Source: Coleofasciculus chthonoplastes F2-STO-03
GTDB lineage: Bacteria > Cyanobacteriota > Cyanobacteriia > Cyanobacteriales > Coleofasciculaceae
Assembly: GCA_040222015.1 (NCBI GenBank)
Contig: JAVJWO010000096.1
Coordinates: 19,941-83,940 of the forward strand
DNA length: 64,000 bases
Direction of reading: 5' to 3'
Translations under genes and position numbers: made by a program
The notes under the pieces: model-generated
Seen by the model: the letters and a program-made list of their open reading frames with translations, nothing else
Database searches by the model: none
What the model was told of the DNA's origin: nothing
Part shown: positions 61,068-64,000 of the stretch, piece after piece
Layout: the number at the start of each line of letters is the position of its first letter
How positions within the stretch are numbered: position 1 is the stretch's first letter

Positions 61068-61964
61068 ATGAGGTTTATAAGCCCAAAAGTAGATTATGCT
61101 TTTAAGAAAATATTTGGTTCAGAACAAAGCAAAGAGATATTAATCAGCTTTCTGAATGCTATTGTTTATGATGGCGATCAAGTTATTAAAGACTTAACCA
61201 TCGTCAACCCCTACAATCCCGGTCAGACACTCAGCTTAAAAGACACCTATTTAGATGTTAAAGCCGTTTTAGCTGATCGCTCTATTGTGGTCATAGAAAT
61301 GCAAATCGCGTCAATGGCTGCTTTCAACAAAAGGGTGGCTTATAACTTGGCAAAAGCTTATGCCAATCAGCTAGTCAAAGGAGAAGATTACCCCCGGCTT
61401 AATCCAGCCATGGCAGTTACTATTACCGATTTTATCCTCTTTCAAGAAACAGAGGATGTCATCAATAAATTTGTGTTTCAGGAGAAAGAGAAAAAGTTTG
61501 AGATTCTCAATCAGGAATTACAGCTAATCTTTCTCGAATTACCTAAGTTTAAGAAAACTCTCTCAGAGTTAAAGAGTTTGACAGATAAGTGGATTTATTT
61601 TCTGCGAGAAGCTGCGATGTTGGAGGATATCCCGGAGAGTTTAGGAGAAGTATCGGAAATAAAATGGGCATTAAATCTGGCTAGCCAAGCCAATATGACA
61701 GTGGAAGAATTAGATATAGTGGATCGGCGGGGGATGATGTTACAAGACGAGAAAGGGCGGATAATTTATGCAGAACAAAAAGGTGAGCAAAAAGGAGAAT
61801 CGCGATTAATTATGCGACTACTCAAAAAGCGTTTTGGAGAAATACCGATGGAAACAAGCAGTCAAGTTGAAAATTTATCTATTGAAGATTTGGAAAGTTT
61901 AGGAGAGGATTTTTTAGAGTTCGACAGTCTGGAAGATTTGGACAATTGGTTGATGGAGAGATAG
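61068..61964 (+). CDS. Rpn family PD-(D/E)XK nuclease with DUF4351 C-terminus
   Basis: FISPKVDYAFKKIFG, LDV, IEMQ, FLELPKF; tail LI.RLL..RFG...LE.L.E..L.F....DL..WL. Confidence 0.9.
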   Translation: MRFISPKVDYAFKKIFGSEQSKEILISFLNAIVYDGDQVIKDLTIVNPYNPGQTLSLKDTYLDVKAVLADRSIVVIEMQIASMAAFNKRVAYNLAKAYANQLVKGEDYPRLNPAMAVTITDFILFQETEDVINKFVFQEKEKKFEILNQELQLIFLELPKFKKTLSELKSLTDKWIYFLREAAMLEDIPESLGEVSEIKWALNLASQANMTVEELDIVDRRGMMLQDEKGRIIYAEQKGEQKGESRLIMRLLKKRFGEIPMETSSQVENLSIEDLESLGEDFLEFDSLEDLDNWLMER

Positions 61965-62021
61965 CCTGCTTAAAGTTATACAGATGAAACGAATCTTTGA
62001 TATAAATCTGCCTTTTTTCGG

Positions 62022-62657
62022 TTACGGCAGATTTTGTTGACAGAGTTGAAAAATATAGCACAGCCGTCCGAGTAAAAGTTCCATGTCTCCCGTTGAGTAC
62101 AGGGGTGTTTCATAGCCAATTCCATTGATATCTAGTTTGTAGAATCTCCACCCTTCACCATTGGTAACAATTCCCAGAATATCTAGGGTATAATCATTCT
62201 GTTTGTTATTCCATTGACAGGCTTGCATCTCAACCAAACATTGAGCTAACCCTTGCTCAAAGTCATCTTTTTTGGCTTCAATGATACACAGCATCGGCAT
62301 ATCTAGAAATCGTTTACGTTCGGCAATTAGGTAATCCACATATCCCGCTAGCTGATCACTTTCCAGTTGCGCTCCTTTCCAAATTTTGAGACGTTCACAG
62401 GGGTTAATCGCTTCATCACAAATGGCATCAACTAAAAGCTTTTTAGACTCTTCATAGCTTTCTAGATCAAAGTTGCGATTGAGTCGGGTAAGGTGTTCTT
62501 GGAAAAAGGCACTGAGTTGAACAGGTTCTGTTTGCAGAGTCCAAGGGAGCAAATCGGTAAGTCCTAGTAACTGAAATGCCTCGCTTTTATTGAAGGTAGA
62601 AAATTTTCGCTTCTTTGATTTTGGGGTTTTCCCGCTGCGACGTTTTCCATTTAGCAT
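62022..62657 (-). CDS. Restriction-endonuclease-like (HsdR N-terminal-like) protein
   Basis: G.VDY, IIEAKKDD...G..QC..EM, GIVTNG..W.F. Confidence 0.7.
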   Translation of the reverse strand: MLNGKRRSGKTPKSKKRKFSTFNKSEAFQLLGLTDLLPWTLQTEPVQLSAFFQEHLTRLNRNFDLESYEESKKLLVDAICDEAINPCERLKIWKGAQLESDQLAGYVDYLIAERKRFLDMPMLCIIEAKKDDFEQGLAQCLVEMQACQWNNKQNDYTLDILGIVTNGEGWRFYKLDINGIGYETPLYSTGDMELLLGRLCYIFQLCQQNLP

Positions 62658-62681
62658 CTTGGTTATCTTAACACTAAATAA

Positions 62682-63500
62682 TCAAGGCATCCACTCCAAG
62701 ACAATCCCAACTCGACTATCTTTTTCTTCTGTCGAGTTTTGCTTCTGAATATCGGTGGATAAGCGTAAGTCTGGGGTAACCGCATACCCAACTGACAAGG
62801 TGGTTAAACCGACTTCATCATCACTCCCTGGGGAGACAAAACTTTGGGTTAAAGATATATCAGCCGCACCAGTGCGAGATAAAACGAACTGCAATTTTAC
62901 ACCGAGATTTACGCCATCTGTGGTATAATTGTTTGATTCCAGATAGCGATAACCCACCAGAGGAGCGACATTCACATAATTTCCTAAAGGACGCAGATAA
63001 TACCGCAAGTCTACACCAAAAGCTTCGCGATCGCCATTAAATGAGGTATGATAATCCCCACTGACGGTGAAACCGCTACGATTGATAAAGATATCTTCGA
63101 CGCCGATATTTAATCCTCCCGCTTGTCCGGTTGAGGGAAACTGGGAATAGCCGAACCGGAACCGGGTGCGAAAACTGGGGTCATGGTGTATTTCTTCTAA
63201 AACATTGGGTACGTCTTGCAACCAGCGTTGTAATACGGGACTATCCTCAATAATCTCTGGATTTAACTCTAATTCCTGGGCGGCTGAATTTGATTTGGTT
63301 TCAGATTCAGACGTCAGATTTATTTCTGGAATTGGGGTTGGGATGGTGTCTAACGTTTGGCAATATGTGTTACCCCAACTGGGTACAAATATCCATAGTA
63401 AACCTAAGCAAAATTGCCAACATTTTTTCGGGAAATAGTTAACTGAGACTAGGGAATAGAAACTCGGAAAGATACTGTTAGCGAATTCTGGTTGGCTCAT
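62682..63500 (-). CDS. Hypothetical exported beta-barrel-like protein
   Basis: Hydrophobic N-terminal segment; SPVLQRW...PNVLEEI..DPSFRTR; alternating beta-strands ending VGIVLEW. Confidence 0.7.
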   Translation of the reverse strand: MSQPEFANSIFPSFYSLVSVNYFPKKCWQFCLGLLWIFVPSWGNTYCQTLDTIPTPIPEINLTSESETKSNSAAQELELNPEIIEDSPVLQRWLQDVPNVLEEIHHDPSFRTRFRFGYSQFPSTGQAGGLNIGVEDIFINRSGFTVSGDYHTSFNGDREAFGVDLRYYLRPLGNYVNVAPLVGYRYLESNNYTTDGVNLGVKLQFVLSRTGAADISLTQSFVSPGSDDEVGLTTLSVGYAVTPDLRLSTDIQKQNSTEEKDSRVGIVLEWMP

Positions 63501-64000
63501 ATCAAAGGAATGGGGGCGGAGTTATGGAGGTGTAGGGGCGGGTTTTACTGATCACATTTTGGAGACAACCCTTAATGTAATTAAACCCGCCCTTCTTTGG
63601 TATTAATACAACAATTTTGTTAGGGTTCTCCTTCTCCCTTGAAACAAAAGCGAAGCATCCTCTGTCCTCCCCCCTCTTGTAGCAGGGGGTTTTCATTTTC
63701 AAAAATTATACCACAATAAAAGCAAAATATTTGCTGATCAAAACCGTTTTTTAGCGAGTTTCAATTCTCTCTATTCAAAAATATTTTTAAGTCCAACTCT
63801 TTGCTTAATTTATAGCTGCAAAAAATCTGAATCTCTTGCCGATTCGTCATTTCCAGGTTTATAGTTTGTTGACTACAATGGAGGGCATCTAGAGTAAAAA
63901 TCTTATTCACCAAACCGCTTTCTCTAATCATACTGCGGACTTGGGCATTTTCTGAACTCTCTTGACTCTCGAATCCTTCTGACTTAATAATTAATTTAGT

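Noticed and set aside
61068..61964. Rpn gene as an IS transposase
   Set aside because: No terminal inverted repeats or target duplication seen; the family is not established as mobile.

Overview
Chromosomal window from a filamentous cyanobacterium. Evidence: frequent HIP1 GCGATCGC, XisH/XisI, Uma2 and GUN4 genes, heptamer STRR repeats and many GTAG-type REP doublets; the style resembles Oscillatoriales/Coleofasciculus, which is inference. The backbone is nitrogen-assimilation-rich: gltB and gltD (NADH-GOGAT) separated by an ~8.4 kb accessory block, an ATP-grasp/alpha-E/transglutaminase/TldD operon, nirB-nirA(ferredoxin fusion) and cnaT, several with exact NtcA boxes. The window also holds an AT-rich glycosyltransferase cluster, aroK, desA, alpha-amylase, an FHA-GAF adenylate cyclase, mnmH/selU, a TnpB-only IS200/IS605 element, and several toxin-antitoxin-like modules and remnants. 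The strongest novelty candidate is a 58-nt cytosine-free, G-rich segment preceded by a hairpin inside the GUN4 domain of a Ser/Thr kinase. It may be a hypervariable loop diversified without any local reverse transcriptase. No rRNA, tRNA or CRISPR array was recognised. All assignments come from reading motifs by eye; no searches were run.
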